This document shows, piece after piece, positions 14,203 to 26,878 of a stretch of 64,000 bases of DNA. The stretch comes from Mobula hypostoma (taxonomy: Eukaryota). The number at the start of each line of letters is the position of its first letter. The stretch's first letter is position 1. The position numbers and the translations under genes were made by a program. The stretch covers positions 28,026,001 to 28,090,000 of the forward strand of contig NC_086109.1 in NCBI RefSeq assembly GCF_963921235.1, in the 5' to 3' direction. The notes under the pieces are model-generated. The model saw nothing but the letters and a program-made list of their open reading frames with translations, was not told where the DNA came from and did no database searches.

Positions 14203-15571
14203 GAACACAAGAAATTCTGCAAATGCTGGAAATCCAGAGTAGCACACACAAAAATGCCGGGGAGGAACTCTGCAGGTCAGGCAGCAAAAATGTAAATTAA
14301 TTAACAGTTGACCTTTCATGCCGAGACCCTTCATCAGGATTGGAAAGGAAGGTGAAGTTGCCAGAATAAGAAGGTGGTGGTGGGGTGGGGGGAGGGGAAG
14401 TGAAGAGAAAGGAGTACAAACTGTGTGAAAGGTGATAGGTGAAGCAGGGTGGGTGGGTGGGGAAAGTGATTGAAGTAAGAAGCTGGGAGGTGACAGGAGG
14501 AAAAGGTAAAGAGCTGGAGAAGAAAGAATCTGATTGGAGTGAGGACCATGGAAGAAAGAGAAGGAGGATAGGTACCAGGGGAAGGGGATACGAGGGTGAG
14601 AAGAAGAGGTAAGGGGGGGAGGAGAGGGGAATTAAAGAGGCAGGGATAAAAACTATGGCAAGTTGAAGGTTCATGGCATAAGGTTGGAGGTTAACAACAT
14701 AGAATACAAGGTGTTTCTCCTCCAACCTGAGTGTGCCCTCATTATGGGAGAAGAGGAGATCATTGATTGACATGTCGGAATGGGAATTGGAAGTGAAATG
14801 GTTAGCCACTGGAAAACACTGCATTTTGCAGATGGAATGAAGGTGCTTAACAATCTACATCGGGTCTCACCAATGTAGAGAGGCAGCTGAGGCAACACTT
14901 CAGCTGTCAATCTGTTGGGGTCATCTTCTGTATCTGGTGCTCCCAATGCAGCAACCTCTACATTGTTGAGGCCCAACATAGATTGGTGGACTGCTTTGTT
15001 GAACACTTTCACTCCATCCTCAAAAAGCAGGAATTCCTTGTGGTCATTTCAATCCCAATTCCCATTCCAACAAGTTGGTCCATGATCTGCTCTTTTGCCA
15101 CAACGAAGCCACTTTCAGGTTGGAGGAGCAACACCTCATATTCCATCTGAGTAGACTCTAACCTGATGGCATGAACATCAATTTCCCCAACTTCTTGTAA
15201 TATTTCCCCCTCCCCCTTCCCTCTTCTTCATTTCCCCACTTTGCCCCCCCCCGTCTCTACTTCTCAGCTGCCTATCACTTCCCCTTGTTGCCCCTCCTCC
15301 TTCCTTTTCTCCTGTGGCCCACTCTCCTCTCCTATCCGATTCCTCCTTCTCTAGCCCTTAACCTTTTCCACCTATCACCTCCCAGCTTCTTACTTCATCC
15401 CCCTTCCAACAAACACCCAACTGGCTTCACCTGGCACCTTCTAGCTTGTCCTTCTTCCCGTCCCACCAATACCTTATTCTGGCATCTCCCCTGTTCCTTT
15501 CCAGTTGTGATGAAGGGTTTCGGCCTGAAATGTCAACAGCTTATTCATTTGCATAGATACTGTCTGACCTG
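14203..15571. mobile_element. Penelope-like element, inverted duplication (older copy)
   Basis: Minus arm ~14203-14885 (LYIGETRCRL..PVANHF..LRLEEKHL) and plus arm ~14886-15571 (FSCQSVGVIFCIWCSQCSNLYI..). Hammerhead remnants at 14305-14342 (-) and 15502-15539 (+). Confidence 0.82.
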
Positions 15572-16000
15572 TTAATCTATCTTTGTATTTTTTTTCACCT
15601 CGATCCCAACATTAAGTTTCTGTAATGCATATTTGACACTAATTGCTTGTCTAAATTAGCATTAATATATACTGAATTACAATCTCTTGATACTTTGAAT
15701 AATCTGGCAGCAAGGAACTTAAATTGATGCTTAACCTATTAAAATATTTCTGTACATGGGTTGACATGGAAACAAGCTTGGTTTTCCTTCTCATCAGCAC
15801 CCAGTTACCAGAAACTAATTAATTCCCATTTTTACTTGGTCATCATAATGGTTTCGTTCTGCTTCTCTCGCTCTGTTAGCAACAAATGGAAGCAACAAAT
15901 GGAGTTATCTGACACCGCAGCAAAGTACTCGAAAAAAGGATGCTGACAAAATGTAACAGCTTTAAACAATTACACGAAAGAACATACCATTATTTAAGAA

Positions 16001-16323
16001 ATTTAATTTAATTTTAATTTAATTTAATTTAGAGATACAGCATCATAACAGACCCTTCTGGCCCAACAAGCCCACTCTGAACAATTAACCTGCTAGCCTG
16101 TACAGCTTTGGCACGTGGGAGGAAAGGCGGATGAAACCCATGAGGTTACGGGGAGAACGTACAAACTCCTTACAGACAGCAGTGGGAATTTAACACTGGT
16201 CGCTGGCGCTGTAAAGTGATGGCTAAGGGGAGAATGTACAAACTCCTTATAGATAGCAGCGGGAATTGAACGTCGGTCTCTGGCGCTATAAAGCAATGCA
16301 CGAAACGCTATGCTACCGTGCCA
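16001..16323 (-). mobile_element. V-SINE with duplicated head and (AAATT)n tail
   Basis: GGAGAA(C/T)GTACAAACTCCTTA..GGGAATT..CTGGCGCT occurs twice in tandem. Confidence 0.7.
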
Positions 16324-16459
16324 TTAAAGATGCAAATGCATCACTCTGAAATTCAGACCTGTGCTAGGGATAATGCGTGCAAAATCACTACCATAAACGA
16401 ACAGAGGTGACTATCACATTGTCATCCTTACACAAGCTACTACCAAAAAAAATTGAGAT

Positions 16460-16521
16460 ACTGTATTCACAGTAACAGAAATTTTGACCGGGATGCCCAA
16501 GCTTTTGCATGCCACTGTATA
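16460..16521. mobile_element. Tc1-like terminal fragment
   Basis: Ends GCCCAAGCTTTTGCATGCCACTGTA (reverse: TA-CAGTGGCATGCAAAAG). Confidence 0.5.
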
Positions 16522-19008
16522 TAACAAAATGTGTTCCCATAGAATTTATGTGAAAAAGGTAAATATATAAATGCAAAATTGTTTCTTCACATTACAGAGT
16601 GAGAATCCTAATATGGCCCATTTTCAAGGTGTTCGCCACTCTCAAAATTCAGGGGTGTCTGTCCGTTCTCTCTATTACCGCTCTCCCCAGTTGACCCAAC
16701 TCACTACATCATCAGTTATTGGGGATATTTACATCTTATAGAATTGCCAGCAAGTTGCATCATGCTTCTGGAATCCAATTCAACCAGTGACATTTATTGT
16801 ATTTGATCAGCACTCAAATTATAGTGACTCAGAAATATTGAGTTTCCTTGAAAATCAAAAAAAAATGCAGATGCTGTTAATCTGATATTAAAACCAGAAA
16901 ATACCTGTTCTTTGAGCCAAAACATTAACTCTCTTTTTCATTCCACAAATATCACCCTGTCCTACTGAGCATATTTGTTTTTTTTTTGAATGGTCCTATA
17001 CTTCTTAAAGCTATTACATCTCGTAAAGCAGAATGTCTATAGACAGTTCTCAGTAAGAACTAAAAGTGGTTGGTGGAATTCAGCAAATGCCTGAACAAGT
17101 TGCTTACACCGGACAGGAACAGACAACTAACTACAGTATCAGAAGGAGTTTAGTAATTTGAAAAGGACTGCCACATTAAGCCTCCTAACTTAGATCTCAC
17201 ATTATTCCACTTAATGCTGCACTGAACCCTGGGACTCCTTGTTTCCTCCCATGATTATCAGTTTTTTCTATAATCACAATGGCGTGATTGGTCCATTTGC
17301 CATTTAACTGCTTAATGTCCACCATAAGATTAACAACCTTATTCAACAAGCCAAGATTGCTACAAAGACAGGCAGCAGTTGAGCATCACGAAAGGGAAAA
17401 TGGACATTAATGTTCTCACTTCAATAGATGAAGATATTGCAAAGGTCACAGCACAAAGTTTAGCTGCAGGGTGCACCCTGCCGAGTTCTTGGCATCCATC
17501 TCTTCTCACTGAAAGCTCACAAAAACTCAATGTAAGTGATCAATTCCAGCTGCTTCTAACAACCACATCCCCTTTTGTTCATTCATGACAATAAATGAAC
17601 ATGCCCTCTTCTCATTGCTACTGTCCGGAAGCAGGTACAGGAGCCTGAAGATACACACTCAATGTTTCAGGAACAGCTTCTTTTCCTCTGCCATCAGATT
17701 TCTGAATGCACCATGAACCAACACATGAACACTACCTCACATTGTTTTGGTCTCCTTTTGCACTGCTTATTTAGTTTTATATATAAAATTGTAATTTATA
17801 GTTCTATTCATGTATTGATCTATACTGTTGCCGCAAAACAACAAATTTCATAACAGGTGCCAGTGATATTAATTCTGATTCTGATTGTAATTCTGAAATA
17901 CAAACCCTTTCCTCTCCTCCCTTTCTTACAGGGGAAGTAAAGAGAGAAAACTTGGAGGATATGGAGGTGGAAGTGAGTATTATATATGAACCTGTAGGAT
18001 CCAATGAAATTAACCTATGTCTCTTGATTAATTATGAGGGTGTACTTGGACTAACCTTAATTGGTGAAGCACTGGATTTCAAAGCATTATAAGCCAATTT
18101 TGGAGTTTGGATAGTGGTGTTAGGGAAACAGGGGAGGAACAATGTTAAATTTAGGTATAAAAAATTACTTTCATTTGGATATTTTGTGATAAATGTGCAC
18201 AAATACAGCAGGACTTGCAATTTAATTTATTAATTGCACACTGGTGGTTTCCTATGCTGTAATCTGCATCAGCTCAACAGGAGTACAATCAAACCATCTG
18301 GCACTTCGTTAGCACAGGGAGTGTAAAAGGAATGGAGCCAACTGGTGTCACCGATGGTGAATTGGAGAATCACATATAGGCCAAATGATCATTATTGACA
18401 CAAAAGCAGCTCGTGGCCCAATTCACCTTCTAGAAATAGAGCTTAAAAATTTACACACTGCAGTACCTACGGTGCACTTTTAGTTCAGGGGCTATTGTTC
18501 CCACGCATAACTCACTCTCTCTTTCTGCTGATTTACATGAGATGAAAAACTGATGTTATGCAGAGTTAGTAGGTCAGAAATTAAGAGAAAGTTTTTTTCT
18601 TTCTGAACTGTTGGAAAAACACATTCAAATAGTAATAATAATTGCACAGTTATAGGTAATTGCAATTGCAGGCAATTGTGTGAGTTATATTCCTTACAAT
18701 CAAATTTTAATTTTATGGATAAACGTGTAGAACTAAAATATTTTAATCAAATGTAAAACAAAAAGTTAACAGCAAAAGAGAGCATAAAAGATAATAATAA
18801 TTTTCTGCAGTGAAGTTATTCCCTGTTTATTGAAAACTTCTGTGTGTGTTCCAAAGAAGACAGTATGGGGGGTTTAAAGAAATCTATTCCCCCCCATCTA
18901 GTTTTTTTTCTCAAGTTCCCACTACCCTATTTCCAGGGGTGCAGTGCCAAGTTTTTAGGTGCCAGAGCTGACAAAATGCTTGCCATTTCCTATATCCTCT
19001 CTATAATA

Positions 19009-19613
19009 CAAGGGGTGATTCATAAGTTCATGGCCTAAGCAAGACGGAGTCAATTTTAGAAAACCTAGTACATTTATTCTTCCTACATTTACACACTTAG
19101 TCCAGCGGTCGTGGAGCATACGGATCCATTCTTTGTAGAAGTCGGTGTCTTGGACCTCCAGAAAGTGGTCCACAGCAGGGGTGATTGATAAGTTCGTGGC
19201 CTAAAGTAAAAGGAGGTGAGGAGAAACTTCAAACTTTGTTGAACTGCACGTGCAAGTAATAAAAGCTGTATAACTCATCTCTTTCTACCTTAGGCCATGA
19301 ACTTTATCAACCACCCCCGTTGTGAACCACCTGGAGGTCCAAGACACTCTCGTTACATGCACGTGCAGTTCAACTCTTTGAGTGATAATGCAGAAAGTTT
19401 GAAGTTAATAACTCATCTCCTTCTACCTTGGGCTACGAACTTATCAATCACCCCAGCTGTGGACCACTTCTACAAAGAAGGGATCTGTACGCTCCACGAC
19501 CGCTGGACTAAGTGTGTACATGTAGGAGGGGACTATATTGAAAAATAAATGTGCTAGGTTTTTTAAAATTGACTCCTTCTACCTTAGGCCACGAACTTAT
19601 CAATCACCCCTCG
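19009..19613. mobile_element. Mariner-derived fold-back MITE
   Basis: TA-flanked inverted repeats C(A/G)AGGGGTGATT(C/G)ATAAGTTC(A/G)TGGCCTAAG; transposase C-terminal remnant FYKEGI..LHDRWTKCV.VGGDYIEK on both strands; extra internal copies of the inverted repeat. Confidence 0.88.
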
Positions 19614-19716
19614 TATATGTCACACCCAATTTGTGTACCTGCTCATTTCATGTACTGGGCAACTTCTGTGCTGCATTCATGTAATGAGCAGGTACACAAA
19701 TTGGGTGTGACATATA
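19614..19716. mobile_element. Short hairpin MITE followed by (TA)n
   Basis: TATATGTCACACCCAATTTGTGTACCTGCTCATT ... AATGAGCAGGTACACAAATTGGGTGTGACATATA: ~34-bp perfect inverted repeat. Confidence 0.75.
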
Positions 19717-19943
19717 TATATATATATATATATATGAATAGGGCTTCTTATAATGTCAAGCACTAAACCAAGATGAAAGAAATATATGAATTCCAGAGCT
19801 CCACAGAAATATAGTGATAGTTAAGACATTAACAAGATTATAGCCTATCACTACATTTCAGTGTATAACTGGTACAATAAAACATATAATACTTAATTTA
19901 ATAATATGACAAAGTATTGCTCAGTTGCACTCACTAACTAGCT

Positions 19944-20049
19944 GATGCCGAATCTCCCATGATCTTTAAGTTCTTGAGTCTGTAGCGCTTTACATTCGAT
20001 GCCGAATCTCCCGTGATCTTTAAGTTCTTGAGGCTGTAGCGCTTTACAT
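19944..20049. repeat. Two-copy tandem repeat, 54-bp unit
   Basis: GATGCCGAATCTCCC(A/G)TGATCTTTAAGTTCTTGAG(T/G)CTGTAGCGCTTTACAT twice. Confidence 0.9.
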
Positions 20050-20317
20050 AGCTAGCCAGTCATCCCCTACTAGTCTTAAACTCCTTCCTCTCGCTCTCCT
20101 CAACCCCCTCACAGTAGTGCCCATGCTTTCTCATGCATAATTTTGCCATCAACAGGGATATGCTTCTGTGACATGTCCTCTAGCCAGACATTTAATGCTT
20201 TCTCAGTCTTTGCAAGCACTTTATCATGAACCAGAGAGACCATTTTTGCCATTGTAGGGGTAGCACTAACACTTCCACGAATTTCAGCTTCTTCCTGCTT
20301 TATTGTGCGAATGCTCG

Positions 20318-20578
20318 ATTTTGGGATTCCCTTTACTTAATTAGGATGCAATCAAGCTATGGTGCGTTCACTTCAGCTAGTCTATGTATTTATTGGAGGG
20401 AATGCAGGAGCACAATAATTTGCAAAGCCATCTTTGTAATAGGTTTTGAGTTTTATATTTAGTTACAATTATTCACTCTGATTTACTTTACAATAAGAGT
20501 TTGCTTTCGTCTGAACCAAATACAATTTGAAGTATTTAAATGTATTTCCCTTTACTTATCTCTTTCATACATCATATC
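20318..20578 (+). repeat. 261-bp dispersed direct repeat, copy 1
   Basis: About 95% identical by eye to 26879-27139. Confidence 0.9.
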
Positions 20579-20886
20579 CTAATGTTATTAGTGCTATTTT
20601 CCCCACCAGCCACCACCCCCTCTCTCCAACCCCCACTTCCGTAAAATTCCCTCTATTTAATATGTGGCCGCTGTTAAATTCCCCGCTTGTTTTTTTCAGA
20701 GGTGCTGGAGTGGCACTCCAGTGAGCTCTGGCAGCACTGCACCCCCCCCCCCATTTCAAAATGAAAATATAATTGTTTTACACCCTTCTGAATAACTCAT
20801 TCTAAACTGCTGCAGACTGTTATTCATTCCTTTAAGTCCATCCTTTATCTGACAATCGTCAATACTCTCTGCATTCACAAATGCAA

Positions 20887-21405
20887 ATACAGTTAACTGG
20901 GACGCACCAGAGCCAGTACATTTTGGCCCAGTTAAGTAGCTGCCCCAATTACCCAGTTTCATGGACATAGCTAAAAGTTAAAAAAAGACAGACTACTGTT
21001 TATCAGAGTAACAGATCACTGTATGCATTTAAATTAAATACAGAATAAATCAGAAAACTACAAGTAATACTACAACACTATTCGGTCCCAATAGTTATTG
21101 ACAGAATGCTGCCATGTTTCTTGATTGACCATAAATGGACAAAATGAGCACAGATACTGGACTGCCATCATACAATGCCTTCAACGATTGCTTCCTACAA
21201 ATCTTCATTTTCATTTTAACATTCAAGACGATTGTTGATATCTTCAAATTCTTCATAGTCCCAAACTTGTTGAAGTAGAGAAATTGTTTCATTTTGACTC
21301 CCAGCCGTTTCTGGCATCTCCAAACCTCGAAGCATGAAATCGCAGTAAGCAAAACATCTCTGTATTTCTCAACAACTATCAGTGACAAAAATCACTGCTT
21401 TTTGA
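20887..21405. mobile_element. Probable Tigger/pogo-like DNA transposon remnant
   Basis: Starts TACAGTTAACTGGGAC.. and resembles Tigger-type non-autonomous elements; the right end is unclear. Confidence 0.35.
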
Positions 21406-23459
21406 ACACATGCCCAGACCCTTCATTGGGACTGAAAAAAAAATCTTTCCACTTGCTGAGTGCTTTCAGCATTTTCTGTTTTTATTTCAGAATTTCAGCA
21501 TCTGCAGGTCATTCATGTTTAGATTCTGCTCAAGTAACAATTCATGGATAAACAACACTTTTTGACATCTTTGTTTTTGTGTTTTAACAATGGTTGTCTG
21601 AAACATTCCAACAGTAGATCGTACTGTGTATTGCCCATCTTTGTAAAATCCTCACTGAAGAATAAATGATGTAAAAGGTTTACAGGCAAAATTCATTTGT
21701 ATTAGTGAATGCTGTCAAATGAATTTCAGCATGCATGAGTTCCTGCCAGTGAATTGAAACCTGTTCAAATTATTTCCCACAAGAGTTGCACTTTTTGTGT
21801 CACATAAATATAGTTTTGCTGTTCATTCACCAATTGTGTTTATTACAGCTAAGACTGTTATTTATAGAACATGTCTATTTGAACTGAGTGCCTTACTAAC
21901 CCCTTTCAAGAGAGAAGTTAAAATTCAATCACTAGGGTTATGGAATTACTTAAGTCAAACCAGAAAATGATGTCATATTATCTTTCCTGACAGACACACC
22001 AACCAAATTGTTTTAAATAGAGAAATAAATAGACTCACAGCCATTGGTATTAACACAGATAATGTGTCTTTCACAAGTGGAATAATGCAATAATCTGAAC
22101 CATTGCTCAACATAAAAAAAAGATAATGAAGTCTGTACTGACTGCAAATATGTCTTTTTAAAATGTTAAACTTTTCAGATTTCCTCTGTTCTCCTGTACT
22201 AACAGAATAGCTTACATTCTTAAAATCAAGATTAAGGATCTACAACAGGGGCTAGCTCTTGAGAATTTCTATATAAGGATATTCTGACAGGAGAGAAAGG
22301 CTGAAATTAATATATATATATATTGTTGGTAAGCATAGAAATCAGTCAAATCTACATTGCTCACACCTTGCCCCAAATAACATTGGAGTTCCTTTCAGTT
22401 AGTCTTTAAAAAAAAACAAACACTTCAAATGAGAACCTAGATTTTCTGTAATTAGTTCAATAAGCATTTGGTACACTGAACAACAAAACTTTCATTTGCA
22501 AACCAGGTGCATTATGTTATACACTGAAAATCTTCAGCGATTATTTCTCTGCCAATTAGTTAGATAAACTGACACACAATGGAAGTACAAAAAAGATTTA
22601 GGTTCAAAGTCGACAGCAGGCCAACATCCTTCCTGAAACTGCATGTTACTTACACTTCCTGATTCTTTACCATGCAAATATGAAAGTGATGATCAGAAGT
22701 AATGATTGCACATCGGTGTCAGAGAAAAGTTACCAGGCCTACACCTTACAAAGCAAATTCATTAAATTGATTTGATTAAAGTTAATAATAACTGGGGTTT
22801 TGTTTTAAGTAAAATTAGAACAATGAAACAGGCTGATGAAATTTATTAGCCTTTTTTTTGGTCACAACTTCCCTGGAGCACAGCCACCTAAACTGGTACG
22901 CCAGTTCAATGGCTGCCTGGTTTTGTTATTAAACATGGGCAAACACAAGAATGACAATAAGCTTGTCAGATCATATCGAAGAAGTTTCACAATTACTTCC
23001 AGCTGCTAATTATTACTTAAGGTCAGTTCACTTAAAAAAATAACTTCCTGCCAATAGCTTTCCAGTATTTGTACCATACACTGCAAGTGATTAAGAAATT
23101 TACTTAATTATAATTAAACATTTTCTGTGAAATGTTCTGAAGTTGCTGGAAGAATTTGCAAAGCTAAATATTTTATGAGTTAGCTACAATGCATAATGTC
23201 TCAAAAAATCCCCCCGTTACACTGCTCAGACAAATAAATCAATGGCAGTGTCCTCCTCCAGCTCAACATCATCAGCGCTGAGGCCCTAACTATACTCAAC
23301 TGGCCCCACTGAACAGAGTCTGTTACTGTATTCACATGCCAAATATCAGACTGCCAAAGAAAAAACAAAAATGTATTCCAACCTCTGCCATGATAAAAGA
23401 GACAAACTAAAGGATTCAAAGGTATCCCAAAAACATACCACCCCCACCAACTCAGACCA

Positions 23460-23860
23460 GTCCATCACCACCACTGAGCACATCTACGTGAAGCGTGCTC
23501 GCAGGAAAGCAGCATCCATCATCACGGACCCACACCACCCGGGTCATGCTCCCTTCTTGCTGCTGGCATCAGGAAGTAGGTACAGGAGCCTCAGGACTCA
23601 CACCACCAGGTTCAGGAACAGTTATTATCCCTCAACCATCGGGCTCTTGAACCAAGGGGGTGGGGGTAACATCACTTGCCCCAAAGTGTCTTTTGCAAAG
23701 TGATTGAATGCCCAGTTGGTAGGGCCTTTCATTGATTCTATTATGGTTGTTATTTATTATGGATTTATTGACTATACCCACAACAAAATGAAACTCAGGG
23801 TTGTAACTGGTGACATATATGTACTTTGATAATAAATTTAGTTTGCACTTTGAACTCTTG
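23460..23860 (+). mobile_element. Rex1/Babar-type LINE 3' end
   Basis: KAASIITDPHHPGH..YRSLRTHTTRFRNSYYPSTIGLLN. Confidence 0.8.
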
Positions 23861-25820
23861 CTATGACTGTTCAAAGTGGGGAAGCACTTTCAGGATGGTA
23901 CTGAGCTTTGAGTCCATTCATCGGGAGTGTCTTTGAAGTCAAGGGCAAACAACAAAGGGGCACACTGTTTCACAAACGGCACAATTGGCAACTTCATCAA
24001 AAAGCCTGTGCGGTAGACTCCTTTATCAGCCACCACTACAGAATAAGAATGGAAGGAAATCATCCTTGGACTCAACAGACCTGCTAGGAAGAGAATGCAG
24101 AGTGACATTTAACCCCACGTTTTGAAAGCTGTGGAAGTGCTTTACAGTAATCCAAGACTATGAGAGGCATGATATAAATTCAAGTCTTTGTTTTACAAAC
24201 CCCCATGAGGAAAAATTATATGGTGTGAGAAGCTTTGTTTCAAATCAAATTTAGATATATCTGTAGATCAGGAACTACCATTAATCAATGGCTCCTCATC
24301 ATTAAGTAATTAATCAATTTGAAGATACAGTAATTATGCTGCTGATGGATTAAGTCCTAATGTTAATTTAGCATTAAGATGGTTCATTTATCTCAGAAAC
24401 TAAAACCACAACAGGCTTTGCCATCATACTGCGTAATGCTGTCATCGGTTTTGTTCAAAATTTCTGATCCAATACATTTTGATGCAACATAACAGAAAGC
24501 CAGTAACCATTTACTAGGATACAACTCAACTGAGTAGGCTTTTGATCCCAACATTTTACAGTGGAAAGTAGCAGACCCACATGTCCAAATTACAGTATTA
24601 AAATTCAGCTGCAATTTCTTTCTGTACTTAATTCTGAACGAAAATCCTCTTTTATGATAGCTGTGCCAGAGTTCAAAGTGGTGGATGAAGTGGGTTATGT
24701 GAGCTGAAGATAGCCACTACTGTGTGTATTTATCCTTGGCATTAACTTGTGAATTATCCATTTAATATATGAAGTAAAATTATAATTATTTTCTGAAATA
24801 CCGCTAAATCAGCTTCACAATCAGGAGGGATAAAAACCAATAAGCATAAGACTAATTAAATATTCTGCAATTTACTCTGTTTTCACATCTTCATTTTCAT
24901 TTCTCCCTCCTATCATTGCCAAATTGATATCCTAAATAAATATAAATGTAGTTTATTTATTCCTGTTGATACCTTACTAGGCAAAACATTCCAACCCATA
25001 CTTGCAGGCTTTGTTCTCACTTTCCACCGGTCTGATAAATTACGTTGTTACTTTAATATAACTGTATAATACCAATCAGTGCAAAATACCAACAACCCAC
25101 ATCACAATACATCTAGGTACTTCCAAATGATTCGTCATTGGTAAATCTAAAAATACTATTGACACCCTTTGGGACGATGGGAGGGGAGTCAACCTCTTGA
25201 GAAATGTAACAAAAGGATTAATATATATCATACTTCATAACCTCTTCACGGCTCAACTATGATCATATCTGGTTTAAAGGGAAGCAAGACGGCATTATTC
25301 CTCCCCAGTCACACCCAGGAGATATCCTTTCCATATCAGTGAAATAATTCAGTTTCGTCACCTTTTCAACTGCTTCATCACTTTAATGAACAAAGGCTAC
25401 GCGGTCGGGCAGAGGTAAAACCGCTTATCACACAACTGTATTTATTCCTCTGAATTAATGTGATTTGGAACCTACCACGGTAACATGGGCATGTCACTTA
25501 CTGCCAAGGTTAAAGGGCCACTTTTGGTTCATTTTCATAATCAGCATTTTAATGGAAGCCCATTGTCTCTAGATATCAAATGCCCAAATCAAAAAGCAGT
25601 CAATGTCAGGGCAGTGAGTGATCAGTTCACATGCAATCGGTTCTTCTTTGCCAAAACACAACCAATGGCAAATAACACCATGCATTCAGATTGTATTTAA
25701 AAATACAAAATAACTTCTGTCACCTTGTCAAGCGAAGAACCGTGCACAAAGCACCAACACAATGGCTTCCTGGCTTTTACTGTCCTATCAGCACGAAATC
25801 ACCCAATAATAATGTCTTAC

Positions 25821-25864
25821 CTTAAAGCGACTTTGACACTACAGCCGTCTTGATTAGTCGCCAT
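25821..25864 (-). CDS. KIF21: First coding exon of a KIF21-family kinesin (KIF21A or KIF21B; paralog unresolved)
   Basis: Minus strand reads ATGGCGACTAATCAAGACGGCTGTAGTGTCAAAGTCGCTTTAAG|gtaagac = MATNQDGCSVKVAL+AG (44 nt, canonical donor splitting the Arg codon). It resembles the N-termini of KIF21B (MAGQGDCCVKVAVR) and KIF21A (MLGAPDESSVRVAVR), whose exon 1 ends in this codon as I recall. Good Kozak context (ataATGG), beside a CpG-rich promoter. Too short for the ORF track. Confidence 0.8.
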
Positions 25865-26215
25865 TATCGAGCGCAGCGTGCGATATCAGTCAATGAAAGT
25901 CTGGATCCTTATTGAGGTGTTTCAAAGGTAGAAATAGAGGTACATATTTCACAGAACTTGAACCGTGTCATCTTGCCGTTGCCGATATCAAGGCGGCTGA
26001 GGCACGATTGCATTTGCAACATCCTGTGTTACATTGTATTCGCTGCGACTCCGCAATGCAACATCCACAGCAGCCCAGAGCGCTGATTGCCAGGCAACCG
26101 AGCTCGCTGCCTGGGCGGGGTTAATCTTAGATTGGCGTGTACATTTGCCATTCGCAGCCTCGGGCACACTGAGTGGGCGGGCTCAAAACGAGGATCCTCC
26201 AATAACGGCGAAGCA
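25865..26215 (-). promoter_or_regulatory. CpG-rich 5'UTR/promoter of the KIF21-like gene
   Basis: Local CpG enrichment in an AT-rich background. X-box-like GTTGCCTGGCAAT (minus, 26086-26098), GC boxes GGGCGGG at 26113-26120 and 26175-26181, CCAAT boxes at 26131-26135 (minus) and 26199-26203 (plus). Confidence 0.7.
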
Positions 26216-26878
26216 AGTGAAAAAAAGGAAGGACTGACAGCTCCACTGGCAGGAAAAAAGGGAACTCTTTCATCAGAAGATTGCGATTCTGCTCAGATTC
26301 AAGAGATCTGAATGCTATTTTTACTTGTTAGATTTTTTTAAATGTATGGTTTGCAAGCAATTCTTTTTGTGAAAGGGTGACCTTTCCAATGCAAAAGTAT
26401 TATCTCTGCAGGCTAATAGTCCAAGGGATCAGTGCCAAGGACAACTAATTCACTCCTTTGTAGGCTAGGGATTAGGAATGTCTTGGAGGCACGTAGACAT
26501 TTTTGAATTATTCAGGCGGTCTGGATGCTGAGAAGTTTTTTTTGTGCTATAAAATATTAATGAGACAAAAAAAGTTAAAAAAAAAGACACGCAAAGCCAT
26601 GTTGATTATGTATGCCTCTTAAGGTGAGAACATTCTAATATTTTGTGAGAGGTATAATGGAGTAAATGGATATGGCTGGCCATCTACACTATACAACAGT
26701 CCACAATGTAGACAAGTAACCAAAAAGTAAATGGAGAATAGACCCTTCTTTCAAGGCAGTTGGAATATAAAACTGAGACCGCTCTGCCTCAGTGCCAATC
26801 TTTTACAGAGTCCCTCTGTATTTTAATTTGGGCTCCATACTATAGGATTTTTTTCCTGGAATTATCTGCCATTTAATA

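Larger units (their letters stand above)
18934..20749. mobile_element. hAT-like non-autonomous DNA transposon with nested insertions
   Basis: Inverted termini GGGGTGCAGTGC / GCACTGCACCCC, subterminal TGCCAGAGCT / AGCTCTGGCA, and 8-bp flanks CCTATTTC (18926-18933) / CCCATTTC (20750-20757). Confidence 0.62.

Noticed and set aside
19944..20049. Repeat considered as CRISPR-like
   Set aside because: Two adjacent copies without spacers in eukaryotic DNA; a simple tandem duplication.
23890..24108. 72-aa minus-strand ORF after an acceptor-like CTTCCTAGCAG, considered as KIF21 exon 2
   Set aside because: No frame gives the expected IRPQ..KEKIEGC motor sequence.
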